Below, piece by piece: positions 14,972-26,403 of a DNA stretch of 64,000 nt. The notes below the pieces were generated by a model. It searched no databases. It saw only the letters and a list, made by a program, of their open reading frames with translations, and was not told the origin of the DNA. The number at the start of each line of letters is the position of its first letter. Position 1 is the first letter of the stretch. The stretch covers positions 5,208,001 through 5,272,000 of the forward strand of contig CP158636.1 of the NCBI GenBank assembly GCA_050273025.1, given 5' to 3'. A program made the translations under genes and the position numbers. This stretch comes from Cenococcum geophilum (taxonomy: Eukaryota).

Positions 14972-15654
14972 TTAGACAGGCAGTTCAGCATTCCTCCTCC
15001 CACCGCTAATCTTCTCCAGAGCCTGCGCAATATATGGTCCTACAACCGGTATGTTTCCCACAAACCCTGCTATTGTAGCGAAAAAGTCGCCGAATAACAC
15101 AAATATACCATACAATTCGACCAGGAAACCGACCAGGGGCCATTTGAACAGTATGAGAAGAATGCCGACAGTGAACGCAGCGGTGCCTTTGAGTTTTTGG
15201 CGACGCGCGAAAAATAGTGCGGTTTTTTGGAGGCCAATTATAAGAGTTAGACCGCAAAGAAATAGGATCTGAGATGCAGATAAGCGGAGGCCGTGGCGGA
15301 GTCAGAAATCCAATGATCACAAGTAGATAGTTCATACGTTTCCCATTGCTAACCTAGAAATGATCTACATGTCAGGATTCCGGAGAGTCTAAGGATATTG
15401 GAAGTATAAGATAGGGTGCATGATCTCACATTGCTCGGTCAAAAAACATCATGACGCCGCCGAGAAGGAAGAAGCCCCCTGGGTTAATGATTTAGAACTC
15501 AGGATTCTGACGCAGCAGAGTAACGTAAGTCATACCTACCCCCAGAACAAAAGGCGACGCCAATTTCTGTATTCAGGCTTGGTTAGTAAAGTTCGGGGGT
15601 GAGCTAAAGGCCCTAGGACTAACTTTGGGAATCTGATAACCACATTGTCGGCAT
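14972..15654 (-). CDS. GOT1: Golgi transport protein Got1 (5 coding exons, missed by the ORF track)
   Basis: Spliced: MPTMWLSDSQ / KIGVAFCSG / GGFFLLGGVMMFFDRAM / LAMGN / ILFLCGLTLIIGLQKTALFFARRQKLKGTAAFTVGILLILFKWPLVGFLVELYGIFVLFGDFF...IPVVGPYI...RRNAELPV*. Confidence 0.93.
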
Positions 15655-16405
15655 CTTGAAGGGTTGAACTAGTAGAAAGCTAGTATTTCAGAAAGAAAGT
15701 AATGAGGGGTAGCAATGATGGTGATAATACACTCGTGTTGATGTTACCTGAGCATCTGTCCTCTTGACACTGCACAAGGCCGTTGGAGCCGCAACACTAG
15801 TCCGGCGTTTTGCCGAAGTGCGCGAGCCATTGTCGAATGTCCGTTCTGTCCGTCCTATCGGTCATGCCCTTGACTCTTACCAACTGTTACGACAGAGCTT
15901 CGAGAGCAGCTGTTGCGTTAATTAAATTACTGATAAGAGTTGTATTTCCAACTGCTAGCTTGACTTCAACACTTTTCATCCACGCCATTGTAGCAATTGG
16001 AATGAGATTCGCATTTTCTTTGTCAGACCTGCTAGTTCATTCATTTTTACTGAATTGTAACCGTATCAGAGGTCTACCATACATGAGCGCCTTGACGGCA
16101 GTGGCTTCTGTCTGCTGTAACTGGGATCCGCCTTTCCATGTGATCCCGGTAATCTGTCATTTGGGCGAAGACTGATGATCAAGATCATGATTAAGCCGGA
16201 GCATCCTCTTGAGCCTTGTTTCGAAAGGAGCAAGGCGGGTGGAAGACGCTTGACTTTGTTGGTCCTACATTCAGCTGCTGGGCAGGATCCTTTCATAAGA
16301 CTGGTGTCCCTTAATACATTTTGCAGTCTGCCCGAAAACCTTTGGTGACCCTTGTCCAGCTTGCATATTCCCTAATCCAGGGCTGCCCAAATTTGCAGTT
16401 ATCTA

Positions 16406-16978
16406 TCACTTTAGCACCGTATGCGCCCCCCTCGCTGCCAGGTAGCCCTCTGTGACCCCTGGGCCAAGACTTCGAATGACCCCAAAAACCTCCACGTTGT
16501 GATATCTTAGCCTAGTCTTTGGGTCGGTATATGGTGCGGGGAGTCCGGTGATGTCGCAGTAATGGCGCTGACTGGATGGATGGAGGGATGGAGCAGACTC
16601 TATGTTGGTGTATGTTGCGGCCGGCCCACTGGTCAAAGCGGCTTTGCTATTTCTCTCCAAAACTAGGGTTGAAAGACTTTGTGCTGCTTGCGCTATGTTT
16701 GGGTGTAAGTTAACCCCGTTGGTTGGTGTGGCAGCACCCCCAGTTGCCATAACAGAGTGTGGTATCATGGGAGTGGAGCTGCCGCTGTTGTTTTGCGTGG
16801 CCATGACAGACGCTTCTTTGCGGGATGCATCTGCAATGACCTGTTTGACATTTTTATTACGTCGCTGAGGAGGCTTCCAGTGCGCATTACGGAAGGGTTT
16901 GGAAATTGCATAGAGGTCGAGCTTGTCAAGTAAAGCTTGGTGATTGCTCTCGTCCGAAGCCTGAGTGATGGGAGCCAT
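16406..16978 (-). CDS. IES6: INO80 complex subunit Ies6 (YL1 C-terminal domain)
   Basis: KPFRNAHWK...RNKNVKQ, TYTNIESAPSL, YCDITGLPAPYTDPKTRLRYH, YLAARGAHTVLK. Confidence 0.93.
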   Translation of the reverse strand: MAPITQASDESNHQALLDKLDLYAISKPFRNAHWKPPQRRNKNVKQVIADASRKEASVMATQNNSGSSTPMIPHSVMATGGAATPTNGVNLHPNIAQAAQSLSTLVLERNSKAALTSGPAATYTNIESAPSLHPSSQRHYCDITGLPAPYTDPKTRLRYHNVEVFGVIRSLGPGVTEGYLAARGAHTVLK

Positions 16979-17254
16979 GGTGTAGTAACAGAATCAATTT
17001 AGACGGTGAAGTGAGTAGCTTGGCGGTAAATTTAAGGAACCCGAGGCGATATGCGAAAAGACGCTTGATGATAAAGATCAACACTAACTGTTGGATGATC
17101 TCCGACTACTGTTTTCGGTTAGTTGTTTTGCGGCCACAAACATCGTGTTGTTGCCGCGCATGGCGTTCAAGCTGTAATAAACAACACGCAGACCTCCAAG
17201 CAGAGGACTTCTCTGTAAAGTTTTCTTCTGTTTGGGCGATTTCAGTTGCTTACG

Positions 17255-17698
17255 ATGGTACGTTGTAGGAATACATGTTACAGAGAGCAAATTTCTGATT
17301 TGACATCGTGCGTTTAGGAAAGCCCACACGAGCATCAGCAGAATCTTCTACTCTCAAGGATCATCACAAACGTTGTAAGTCACTAACTGGCGCGTCGTTT
17401 GATTTGACGATCACTAATATCTTGTCATAGGAGAAGCTCAATGAAGCAATCATGGTTTTGAATAAGAATCTACAGGTATGTTACCGTTCCAATCTTTATA
17501 ACGAACTAGTCTGATCACACCGGCCCGCAGGAAATTAATATACAAAACATGAATGTAGAGCTGGTGGCACAGATGTTCAAGAACTATCAATCTAACGTTC
17601 TATTCCACCTTGAAGGCTAGTTTTATTTATCTTTTCAATATAGAATAACATCCCTGACCCGTATTGCAGCGACCGACAGCCTCAAAGATCCCTCGTAA
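17255..17698 (+). CDS. DAD4: DASH/Dam1 kinetochore complex subunit Dad4 (72 aa, 5 exons, missed by the ORF track)
   Basis: Spliced: M / [19 protein letters not shown] / [15 protein letters not shown] / [28 protein letters not shown] / ATDSLKDPS*. The first coding exon is the ATG alone and the last intron has a GC donor. Confidence 0.93.
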
Positions 17699-17975
17699 TC
17701 ACCAAGCCACTAGTCTTGCTCTTAGTAGTAGTTCGATTTGTCTCTTCAATTTGGCACAGGCGTTAGGGATTAGCGGAGAGGTGTTATTTAAACGCGCGCT
17801 TATCGCGTACAGGCATTCCTGATATTCTGAGCATTTCCGAAGCTGAGCTTCACCAGTTAGCAACATGCTGTGTACAAACACTCAAATGAACGCCACCAAT
17901 CCTCAAACTTTACACTACTTTGAACTTCTGAAATGATATAAAAACAACTATTCTCTCGTCCTTCCCTACTTCATC

Positions 17976-20399
17976 ATGGGCCATTCAACCACTAATGAGA
18001 ACTTATCCTCATCTGGAGGGAACTCTCCCAAACCGCCTCCCGCCAAACTGTGGAGTGTCAATGACCCACCTTTTGAAGGCTTCCGACTCATAGACACCGA
18101 AGGCTATCAAAGGAGCTCCCCCAATACGGCTATCGTCATCGATAATGGTATCCAGCCTCCCCTGTTCTCATCACCATTGAGGAAGCCCCCTTGCAGATTC
18201 ACTAACTCGTGTACTCTACAGGATCTTCAGCTGTGCGCGCCGGCTGGTCTTTTGACGAGAAACCCCGATTCTCCATCCCCCCTCTCATGGCACGATACCG
18301 CGACCGCAAATTGAATCGGACCTTTACATTTGTCGGATCGGACGTGTATGCCGATGGGACTGCGCGAGGTCAGTCGAAGAACATATACGAGCCCGGAAGT
18401 AATATTGTGAACAACTGGGACGTGGTGGAAGGTGTGTTGGACTATGTGTTTATCAAGCTAGGAGTAGATGGGGCCAATGGCAGTATTGGCAGGCCTGTAG
18501 TCATGACTGAGCCCGTCGCTAACCTAGGCTATACACGAAAGAGTATGTCACAATTACTAAAATCTTGCAGGTTGAGTCTAACATAATTCTTAATGTGCAG
18601 CTATGTCCGAAATTCTTTTCGAGTGCTACGGAGCGCCTTCGGTAGCGTATGGTATCGATTCCCTATTTTCCTACAACTACAACGGTGGGAAGCATGGCTT
18701 GGTAGTCTCATCTTCCTACGCCGCCACCCATCTCATCCCAGTTGTTGGATCGAAGGCCTTGCTCTCACAGGCTACTCGATTGAACTGGGGGCGCTTTCAA
18801 AGCGCCGAATATCTTCTCAAACTCCTAAAACTCAAATATCCTACTTTCCCTGGAAAGATCAGCGACCCTCAAGCTGAGGACCTTGTACGCGAGCACTGCT
18901 ATGTCTCTCAAAATTACGAACAAGAACTTTGTCGTTATCTGGACTGGACGGGGCTTGAGGAGCGCGATCATGTTATTCAATTCCCTTTTACGGAACAAAT
19001 AGTCATTCAGAAGACCGAAGAAGAGTTAACCAGGGCAGCTGAAAAAAGGAAAGAGAGTGGAAGAAGACTACAGGAGCAAGCAGCGAAGATGAGGCTTGAG
19101 AAACTTATTCGCAAAGAGCAAGAGTTAGTATACTATAAGGACCTGCAACAAAGGGTTCAGGCGACGACGAAGAAAGAAGGAAAGCGCCTTCTTGAGTCAG
19201 ATGATTTTGACGACGAGTCTCAGCTGGAAAAGAAGATCAGGGAGATGGAGAAGTCGATCCGGAAAGCTAGAAATAAGGACGTCGGAGATATGGAGAACGA
19301 AGAGGAGGACGAGCCAACCTTTCCTCTACTTGAGGTTCCTGATGATCAGCTTGATGAGGAAGGCCTCAAACAGAAGCGCCAGCAGCGGCTGATGAAATCG
19401 AATCATGAAGCCCGTGCCCGTGCCAAGGCAGAGAAGGAGCGCGAGAAGGCGAGACTAGCAGAAGAAGAGCAGCTGGACAATGAAAGACGCGAAAAGGACC
19501 TTGAGGGCTGGCTAGAAGAGCGCAGGCTTGCTCGTCAGGTTGGAAAGCCCTGATACTATTACGAACACTCGCTAACTTTTCACATTCAGACAATCATTCA
19601 AAAGATCAAAGATCGCGAACGCCTAAAAGCTGAGCTTGGTAATAGAAAATCCCTTGCAAATCAGATGCGCATGAAGTCTATCGCCAATCTGGCTTCCGAT
19701 AACCCAACGAAGAAACGGCGACGAGGCGGCGACGAGGACACTTTTGGCGCAGATGATGCTGACTGGGGCGTCTACCGTACGATTGCGACAGGCGAGCAAA
19801 GCGATGATGAAGAAGAGGAGGATTTAAATGGAAGTCTCAAGACCATAGAAGCGCAGCTCCTCAAACACGATCCAAATTTCACAGAGCAGAGCACGCGTGA
19901 AGCGCAGTCCGATTGGACCAAAAGCATGATACATGCTTTCCTTCGTGGACCCTGGCCATTCGATCCAGAGAGTCAACGCGAAATGCACCAAATCCACCTC
20001 AACGTGGAACGGATCCGCGTACCGGAAGTAGTATTCCAGCCATCGATCGCCGGCCTCGACCAAGCTGGTCTTGTAGAGATTGCTGCGGGCATTCTCACAG
20101 AACGCCTAGTTGATTCCCCGTTACGCAATGACGTCCTGAAGGACATATTCCTCACTGGTGGGAACACCCTTTTCGAAGGCTTCGAAGACCGTTTAAGGAA
20201 AGAGCTTCGCGCCGTTTTACCAGCAGACGCAACATTGAGAGTGCGCAAAGCGAAGGATTCAATTCTAGATGCGTGGAGGGGCGCTGCCAAGTGGTCTAAC
20301 CAAGCAGACTCGAAACACGCTTTCGTGACAAGAGCAGAGTTTCATGAAAAGGGGGGCGATTATTTGAAGGAGCATAATCTAGGGAACGCATATTTATGA
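17976..20399 (+). CDS. ARP5: Actin-related protein 5 (INO80 complex)
   Basis: AIVIDNG/SSAVRAGW, MTEPVANLGYTRK, FECYGAPSVAYGIDSLFS, a long charged insertion, LNVERIRVPEVVFQPSIAGLDQAGL, FLTGGN, EKGGDYLKEHNLGN. Three introns. Confidence 0.95.
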
Positions 20400-20439
20400 T
20401 CGGATGAGCTGGCATTGCTCGGGCGTTTATTGGACAGCA

Positions 20440-21312
20440 GCACCAAAAGGCATCGGCTACGTTGGTCGGGTCTTGGTGGAAATCAACCCTTTTGATAACA
20501 ACGCGTTTCTCTCACCTACCTCATCTGCGTGACCATTGCTCCCGCTTTGCTCTGCACAGGCATCTACCTGTGCCTCACACGCATAGTGACCATTTACGGC
20601 ACGAGCCTCTCGTTTCAAACCTCGCACATCACCATTATTTTTTGCAGCCGTGATCTTTTCAGTCTCGTGTTATGAGGGTTGGGAGGGGGTATTGCGATCA
20701 CAGCCGTACCGCTGTCTGGGAAAAATACCGGTAAGAATATCATGATTGTCGGTTTGGTTTTCCAAGTCTTCTCTTTGGTTCCCCTCGCGCTTTGCTGCTC
20801 CGGGTTTGCCTTACAGGTGGGGTCGAATAAGGGCGGTGGGGGCCGTAGGTTTGTGGGTATCGCGAGTTCGCTGCCCCTCAAGGGCCTTTTGTATGGTATG
20901 TTGTCTCTGCGGCTTGCTGTTTCTCAGGATCACCTGAAATAAAGAACTACCGAAAGTAGGTCTCGTACTCGCCGTCCTGACTATTTCCATTCGAAGTGCG
21001 TTTCGTGTCGTAGAACTAAGTGGAGGGTTCAATGGTAAGCTCTTCAATGAGCAGATTCCATTCATGGTCCTCAAGGGCCCAATGGTGATCATTGATATTA
21101 TGGCGTTGACGATTCTGCATCCGGGATTTAGCTTCCAGGGATCTTGGCATGAGGCCGACTTTATATTCCGAGACTTCAAATATTGGCACAAAAAGGGACT
21201 GGCTGAAAAGAATGATGGAGCTTTAGCGAGAGGTCAGGAGTACACTATCCCTTCTCATCACGAAGGCTCAAACGAGAGCTTCTTATTGGCTGGATCCCTA
21301 TCGATAACGTAG
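20440..21312 (+). pseudogene. RTA1-like (lipid-translocating exporter family) pseudogene, 5'-truncated
   Basis: YLICVTIAPALLCTGIYLCLTRIV, DLFSLVL*GLGGGIA, GKNIMIVGLVFQV, IRSAFRVVELSGGFNG, LTILHPG. Has internal stops and frameshifts, and no N-terminal half. Confidence 0.8.
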
Positions 21313-21664
21313 TGCCAGAAGCAACGGGTTAAGGGATAGAGTCGGCACCGACAGTCTGATGTTTCTACGTGGTTCATACTGCCCGATAGAAGTAGGAGGG
21401 AATCGATAATTAGAATTTTCAGTCACTGTAGAGTAGATCTTTCTATTCGATTATTGCCCGCTTACTATGGGCAGCCAATATATACCAATTTGGGTAATCC
21501 ACTGGCTTCGCGAACGCGCGATACAAGGTGATATGCTTCCTATGGAGCCAATCCAAGGACGAATTTATTAATCCTGAAACCTTCCCGCAAGTGAAAAAGG
21601 ACTAAAGACCCCAACTTGCACAACATAGAAGGTCAGTAGCATACAATTTCTCCGAGCTGGCCTT

Positions 21665-22726
21665 CTACCTATAAGCCTTCAGTCCCTCCTCCAGCCCTGT
21701 TATAAGTTCCCTATTCCTAGCAAACTCAGTGAAACTTACCCTACCCTGATGGTAATGAAGCCACTCCTCCGCCCTGGTCCCGCTCTCTGCGTCTAGTAGG
21801 CCGAGCGCCACATCTACCAAACTCGGCCGCTCATCACCATCCCAGAACACCGTACAACCGCACCGCGAGCAGAACGTCCGCGTACAGTGAGGCGAGCTCC
21901 TATGCGTTTTCTGGGTGCCGAAATAGCGCCGGAAGGGCTCGCCGTTCTCGAGCGTGATGTCGCTGACGGGAACAAAGGCCCACCAGGTTATATCGAAGCC
22001 GCTAGACTCACGGCACGATATGCACGCGCATGTGCCGGCCAGAAAACAGTCTTCTCGCGGAAGCCACCAGGGTTCGTTAGAAGGATTTGCGGGCGAGTTA
22101 GTATGATAGGGAATTAGCAGGTCTGGGAAGGGCGATTCGGCTTTCTTGGATTGTTCCCCCGGCCGCGATATCCAGAACTTGACGCCCCCGCAGTGGCAAT
22201 GAGCGTACAACTTGTCTGTTTTCGATGGAGGTTTCGGCGTTGATGAGGCGCTCTTCCACCTCGCTGGGGCTTCTTCACCCTGGTCCGGCTCGGTGAGCCA
22301 GCGTTTCAGCTTCTCACCTCTTATTGTTGGAATGAAGTCACTCGCACCGCCGTCTTTCGTATCCTGTATCCACATGTGGCCTAGGAACTGGATGATACCA
22401 TCGGACCTATCTAGAGTGCCGGTGGACACGGAGATGTGGTCATCTGAAGAATACTTGAGATACATTTGCGTGCCGCATGTTGAGCAGAAATAGCGCGTTA
22501 GAATGTCAGAAGACTGGTAGGGTGTGAGAGATGTAAGGTCGGGCTTAGGGTCGTCTGGGCCAGGTGGGATGTCTACGTAACTGGTGCACAATGCGCCAGA
22601 AATGCGGCGGGAGATGTTGCAGTGGCAAAGATAAGCGGGAAGGGGCAGGTTTGACGTTGGAATAGAAAAAGTTAATATCGAAGAGCGGCAATTGCACGAA
22701 GCTCTGATGATTGTATTTTCTGCCAT
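21665..22726 (-). CDS. Tandem GFA/CENP-V (Mss4-like, DUF636-type) Zn-binding protein
   Basis: Two GFA-like halves: ASCNC...CHCNISRR...RYFCSTCGT and AHCHCGGV...CACISCR...RTFCSRCGCTVFW. Intronless, ATG at 22726. Confidence 0.88.
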   Translation of the reverse strand: MAENTIIRASCNCRSSILTFSIPTSNLPLPAYLCHCNISRRISGALCTSYVDIPPGPDDPKPDLTSLTPYQSSDILTRYFCSTCGTQMYLKYSSDDHISVSTGTLDRSDGIIQFLGHMWIQDTKDGGASDFIPTIRGEKLKRWLTEPDQGEEAPARWKSASSTPKPPSKTDKLYAHCHCGGVKFWISRPGEQSKKAESPFPDLLIPYHTNSPANPSNEPWWLPREDCFLAGTCACISCRESSGFDITWWAFVPVSDITLENGEPFRRYFGTQKTHRSSPHCTRTFCSRCGCTVFWDGDERPSLVDVALGLLDAESGTRAEEWLHYHQGRVSFTEFARNRELITGLEEGLKAYR

Positions 22727-22986
22727 GATCACTGGATGGTTGGAGATGGATATTCTGGTCTTGGCTATCGCGATTGTCTGAAAGTAGAGAAACAGGAGGA
22801 GTTCTAGGACAGCTGAAATATCGAATAAATTGTCAAACTCACACAGTTGAAGCTCCTCTTGAGCATCTGAACCACTTGCTGAACCCCAGTGCTAACTTAT
22901 GAGTTAAGGCTAGGGAAATACGAAGCCACGAAGCCATGAAGTGGCTTCCCCGTGAAGAATGGCCCGCATCCCGCCCAGCGGATATA

Positions 22987-24236
22987 CTGTGGTTTTCTTA
23001 TCTTCTGCAAATTCGCTTGATAAGAGCCGCCCACATCACAAATGCGCATCAAAAAATACACCCCCTATCGCCCTACTAAATATAGCTCTATATTTTATAT
23101 ATAGAGGCCTATTTTATAGCTCTATTCTAGGGCTATAAAATAAGCCCTTATTTATATAATTTAGGGCTGTTTTTGTAGAGTTGCGGGGGGTGCTTATTGA
23201 TAGGAATGGATGAGGGTCGCGATCGCGTAGAGCCTCAATTCAAGTTTTACAGCTACCCCCTATAGCCCCACTAATATAGCTCTATATTTTATATATAGAG
23301 GCCTATTTTATAGCTCTATTCTAGGGCTATAAAATAAGCCCTTATTTATATAATTTTGGGCTGTTTTTGTAGAGTTATGGGGGGTGCTTATTAATAAGAA
23401 TGGAGGTCGCGATCGCGCAGAGCCTCAATTCAAGTTTTACAGCTACCCCCTATAGCCCCACTAATACAGCTCTATATTTTATAAATAGAAGCCCATTTTA
23501 TAGCTCTATTCTAGGGCTATAAAATAAGCCATTATTTATATAAATTAGAGAAATATTAGTGGAATTATATGGGGTGCTTTACAACAGCCAAAAAACTTAA
23601 ATTGAGGCTCTGCGCTGACTAATCTAGGAACCACTTTGCCCCCAAAACAAGCACCCCCTATAGCCCCACTAATACAGCTCTATATTTTATAAACAGAGGC
23701 ATATTTTATAGCTCTATTCTAGAGCTATAAAACAAGCCCTTATTTATATAAGTTAGAGCTATTTTAGTAGAGTTGTGGGGGGTAGCTGTAAGACTTAAAT
23801 TGAGGCTCTGCGCGATCGCGACCCTCCCCCCGCAACTCCACAAAAACGGCCCTAAATTATATAAATTGACGATGGTTCTGGAGGAGTCCTCCACATTCGT
23901 CGCCTGCTTACATAAGCAGATTCCCTTTGTTTCCATTTTGGTCTGTATCCTTAGCAATCACTTTGCCACCGTAGACATAGGCCTATATAAGAGCCTATGT
24001 TCGTCGTAGATAGATCTAGATATTCTCATATATTCACATTCATTCCTTCCAATATCATCCAGTTCATCATAAATAATGGCTTATTTTATAGCCCTAGAAT
24101 AGAGCTATAAAATAGGCCTCTATACATAAAATATAGAGCTATATTTAGTGGGGCGATAGGGGGTGTATTTTTTAATGCGCATTATGATGTAGGCGGCTCT
24201 TATCAAGCGAATTTGCAGAAGATAAGAAAACCACAG
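22987..24236. mobile_element. Non-autonomous foldback-type DNA element (1.25 kb) with about 165-bp TIRs and flanking TA
   Basis: Left end CTGTGGTTTTCTTATCTTCTGCAAATTCG is the reverse complement of the right end ...GAAGATAAGAAAACCACAG. TA at 22985-6 and 24237-8. Internal ~190-bp palindromic units. Confidence 0.85.
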
Positions 24237-24891
24237 TACTCCGGACAAGGAATGCGAGATGTACTCAGAGCGAGCTTATCCAATTCGCATATCTTTCTTT
24301 TTGAAAGGAATCCAAACGTTGTGTTACTTCGCATCCCCCATCATCCCCTCATTACATCATCCCATCACCTCATCATCAGGCGTTAGCAAAGACCAGACGT
24401 GTCCAGATCAACGCAGCCTAGAAGCCTAAGATACGCAAAAAGGCCGCAACAAGCTTGTGACCCCCAAAGCCCTTGGTATGCTTTTTGACGACCCGCCGCT
24501 CAAAGGCCGCAAGCGGAGAAAGACCAACCGAATGACGCAGCAGCACAAGTAGCTCCGCAGATCATACGACGCGAGACGACTGCTTGATTGGGCCATAGTA
24601 CCCGAGCCCAGACTGCTGTGTGCCTGTTAGCTGCTTTCCCTGCTTTTTCCCAGGTGCAGGTGTGCCAGGCATGCCGGGCGCTAGTGCTGCAGGGAATACG
24701 GCGAAAGGCAGCGAAAGGCACCGCAGAAACCTCGCAAGCCTTGGCGATGGAGGGGTACATAAGTGGGCTGCCCCTCCACCACAGAACAAGCACAAGCAAC
24801 AAACACAGAACACCAGCTCAATTATCACACCTGAACAAAGCACACTTTATCAAGCATAACTTCCAAGTCAACCAACATCACATCAGCTATC

Positions 24892-25016
24892 ATGGCCGGA
24901 GACGGATGCTCATGCGGCGAGAGCTGCGCCTGCGGCGAGACCTGCAACTGCGGCGTGAGTTTCTCTCCATAACATTTATTAGTTTCATATCCTACTGACA
25001 CATGAAATAGAAATAA
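24892..25016 (+). CDS. Metallothionein, 22 aa (MAGDGCSCGESCACGETCNCGK)
   Basis: Exon 24892-24954, intron 24955-25010 (GTGAGT...CTGAC...TAG), then AAA TAA. Three CxC motifs. Confidence 0.88.
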
Positions 25017-25533
25017 ATACCACCACCTACTCCATTCGCCCTCTGACCTTTCCTTTCAATATTTCGCAATTTGCTTCCTTATAAAATCAACCCTTTTATC
25101 TATGGCATCTTCCCTTCACTTCGGTTTCACTCGTTTCATCGTGTAGCCTTGGGCAGCATCAACATCAATATACAAACCAACCTTGACGGCTCTGTTAGCC
25201 CCCTTTGCGATATGATTGGGTGACTATCCGATAAATGGCTATCTATCGGTGGAGAGCAGGATTGGTGATATGTCAATGGCTAAATTGCTTTCATAAACTT
25301 AGTCACATTGTAGCTTGAAAATAAACTGTGCATGTTTCAATTATGGCAATAATTTCAATTGGCATTTTCAAATTATCCATGTGACAAGATGAAGAGCTGA
25401 AGCTGAAATGAGTGTATTTGTGCCGACTACCCGCCTTGACCATCACAACCCCTCAAACCTCCCCTTCATCTAGATAAGAAACCAATGCATCCACCATCCA
25501 ATCTGGAGGCCCAATCACCACATGATGAGTAAC

Positions 25534-25767
25534 TTAATGCTGCAGTACCGTCATGTTAGCCTGCAGGAACTTCCATGGCCTCCTCCACACAGCATCCTTA
25601 ATCAAGGAAGACATTGCAGAACAGAAGTGAAACTTACGCCGCAATCGGCACAGCCGCAGCTAGAGCAGTCACCACTGCAGGAGGAGCAGGATGGGCAAGA
25701 GCTGTTACCGAGCCAGTTAGTTTTACAACTAGCTTCAAGGAGGGGACGCCCCTCACCAATCAGCCAT
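25534..25767 (-). CDS. Metallothionein-like peptide, 26 aa (MADCSCPSCSSCSGDCSSCGCADCGH)
   Basis: Exons 25767-25757, 25701-25638 and 25539-25534. Introns GTGAGG...CTAAC...CAG and GTAAGT...CTAAC...CAG. Eight Cys. Confidence 0.88.
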
Positions 25768-26014
25768 TGTTTGGAAGAGTAGTGCGTAGAAAATTGGGTT
25801 GAAGTTTTTTGTTTTGTGGTGACTGAATCTGATACTGAGGTCCTTGAGTCTGATATTGAAATTGAGATTCAGAGAGCTGGGCCATCCTACCGGTTTAAAT
25901 AAATCTCCATTCCCCTCCATCTCCGGCGCCCACGCGCAAAAGAAAAACAGCCGAGATATCCAAGATTGCTGCAGGCTGGGGAAACACCCGGTGACAATAA
26001 CGTGGCTCCATGAA

Positions 26015-26062
26015 AGGCAGTCCGATTATTAGGCAGTCCGATTGTTAGGCAGTCCGATTGTT
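26015..26062. repeat. 3 x 16-bp tandem repeat AGGCAGTCCGATT(A/G)TT
   Basis: Copies at 26015, 26031 and 26047, about 250 bp upstream of the minus-strand metallothionein. Confidence 0.9.
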
Positions 26063-26403
26063 ATCGTCCGGACGACACTGGATACCGAAACATTGGTAGC
26101 AGAGTAATGGAGAGGGTAGCGGGGGGTGGGGTTTGTGTCACCTGCAAAGCCATCTCCACCTATTGCTCGCAAAAAGAATGGAGAAGGATCACAGATGATA
26201 AGCAAACAATTGGTAGTGATTGACCAAGTCTCCCGGAAACATTTCCCAAGGTTAATTCCATGGCTACACAAGTCATCGCATTACCACTTTAGTTTAGAAT
26301 CTCACGTGAAGTTAACTTATATGCATTTATATCGCAAAAATTAAGCTATTTAAATATAACTTTTAAAACTATAACGCTATAACTAAGTTTTAATTTTAAC
26401 TAT

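Noticed and set aside
15006..15335. 109-aa ORF in the ORF track
   Set aside because: Wrong frame of the GOT1 last exon.
23061..23860. Regularly spaced repeats as a possible CRISPR array
   Set aside because: Units are ~190 bp with no unique spacers, lie inside a TIR element, and the genome is eukaryotic.
24600..24780. GCTG motifs as Ace1/Cup2 copper-response elements
   Set aside because: Only partial matches to the consensus, and too short to distinguish from chance.
24500..24998. Several 79-136 aa ORFs upstream of and overlapping the first metallothionein
   Set aside because: No recognisable motifs. The spliced 22-aa metallothionein explains the Cys-rich part.
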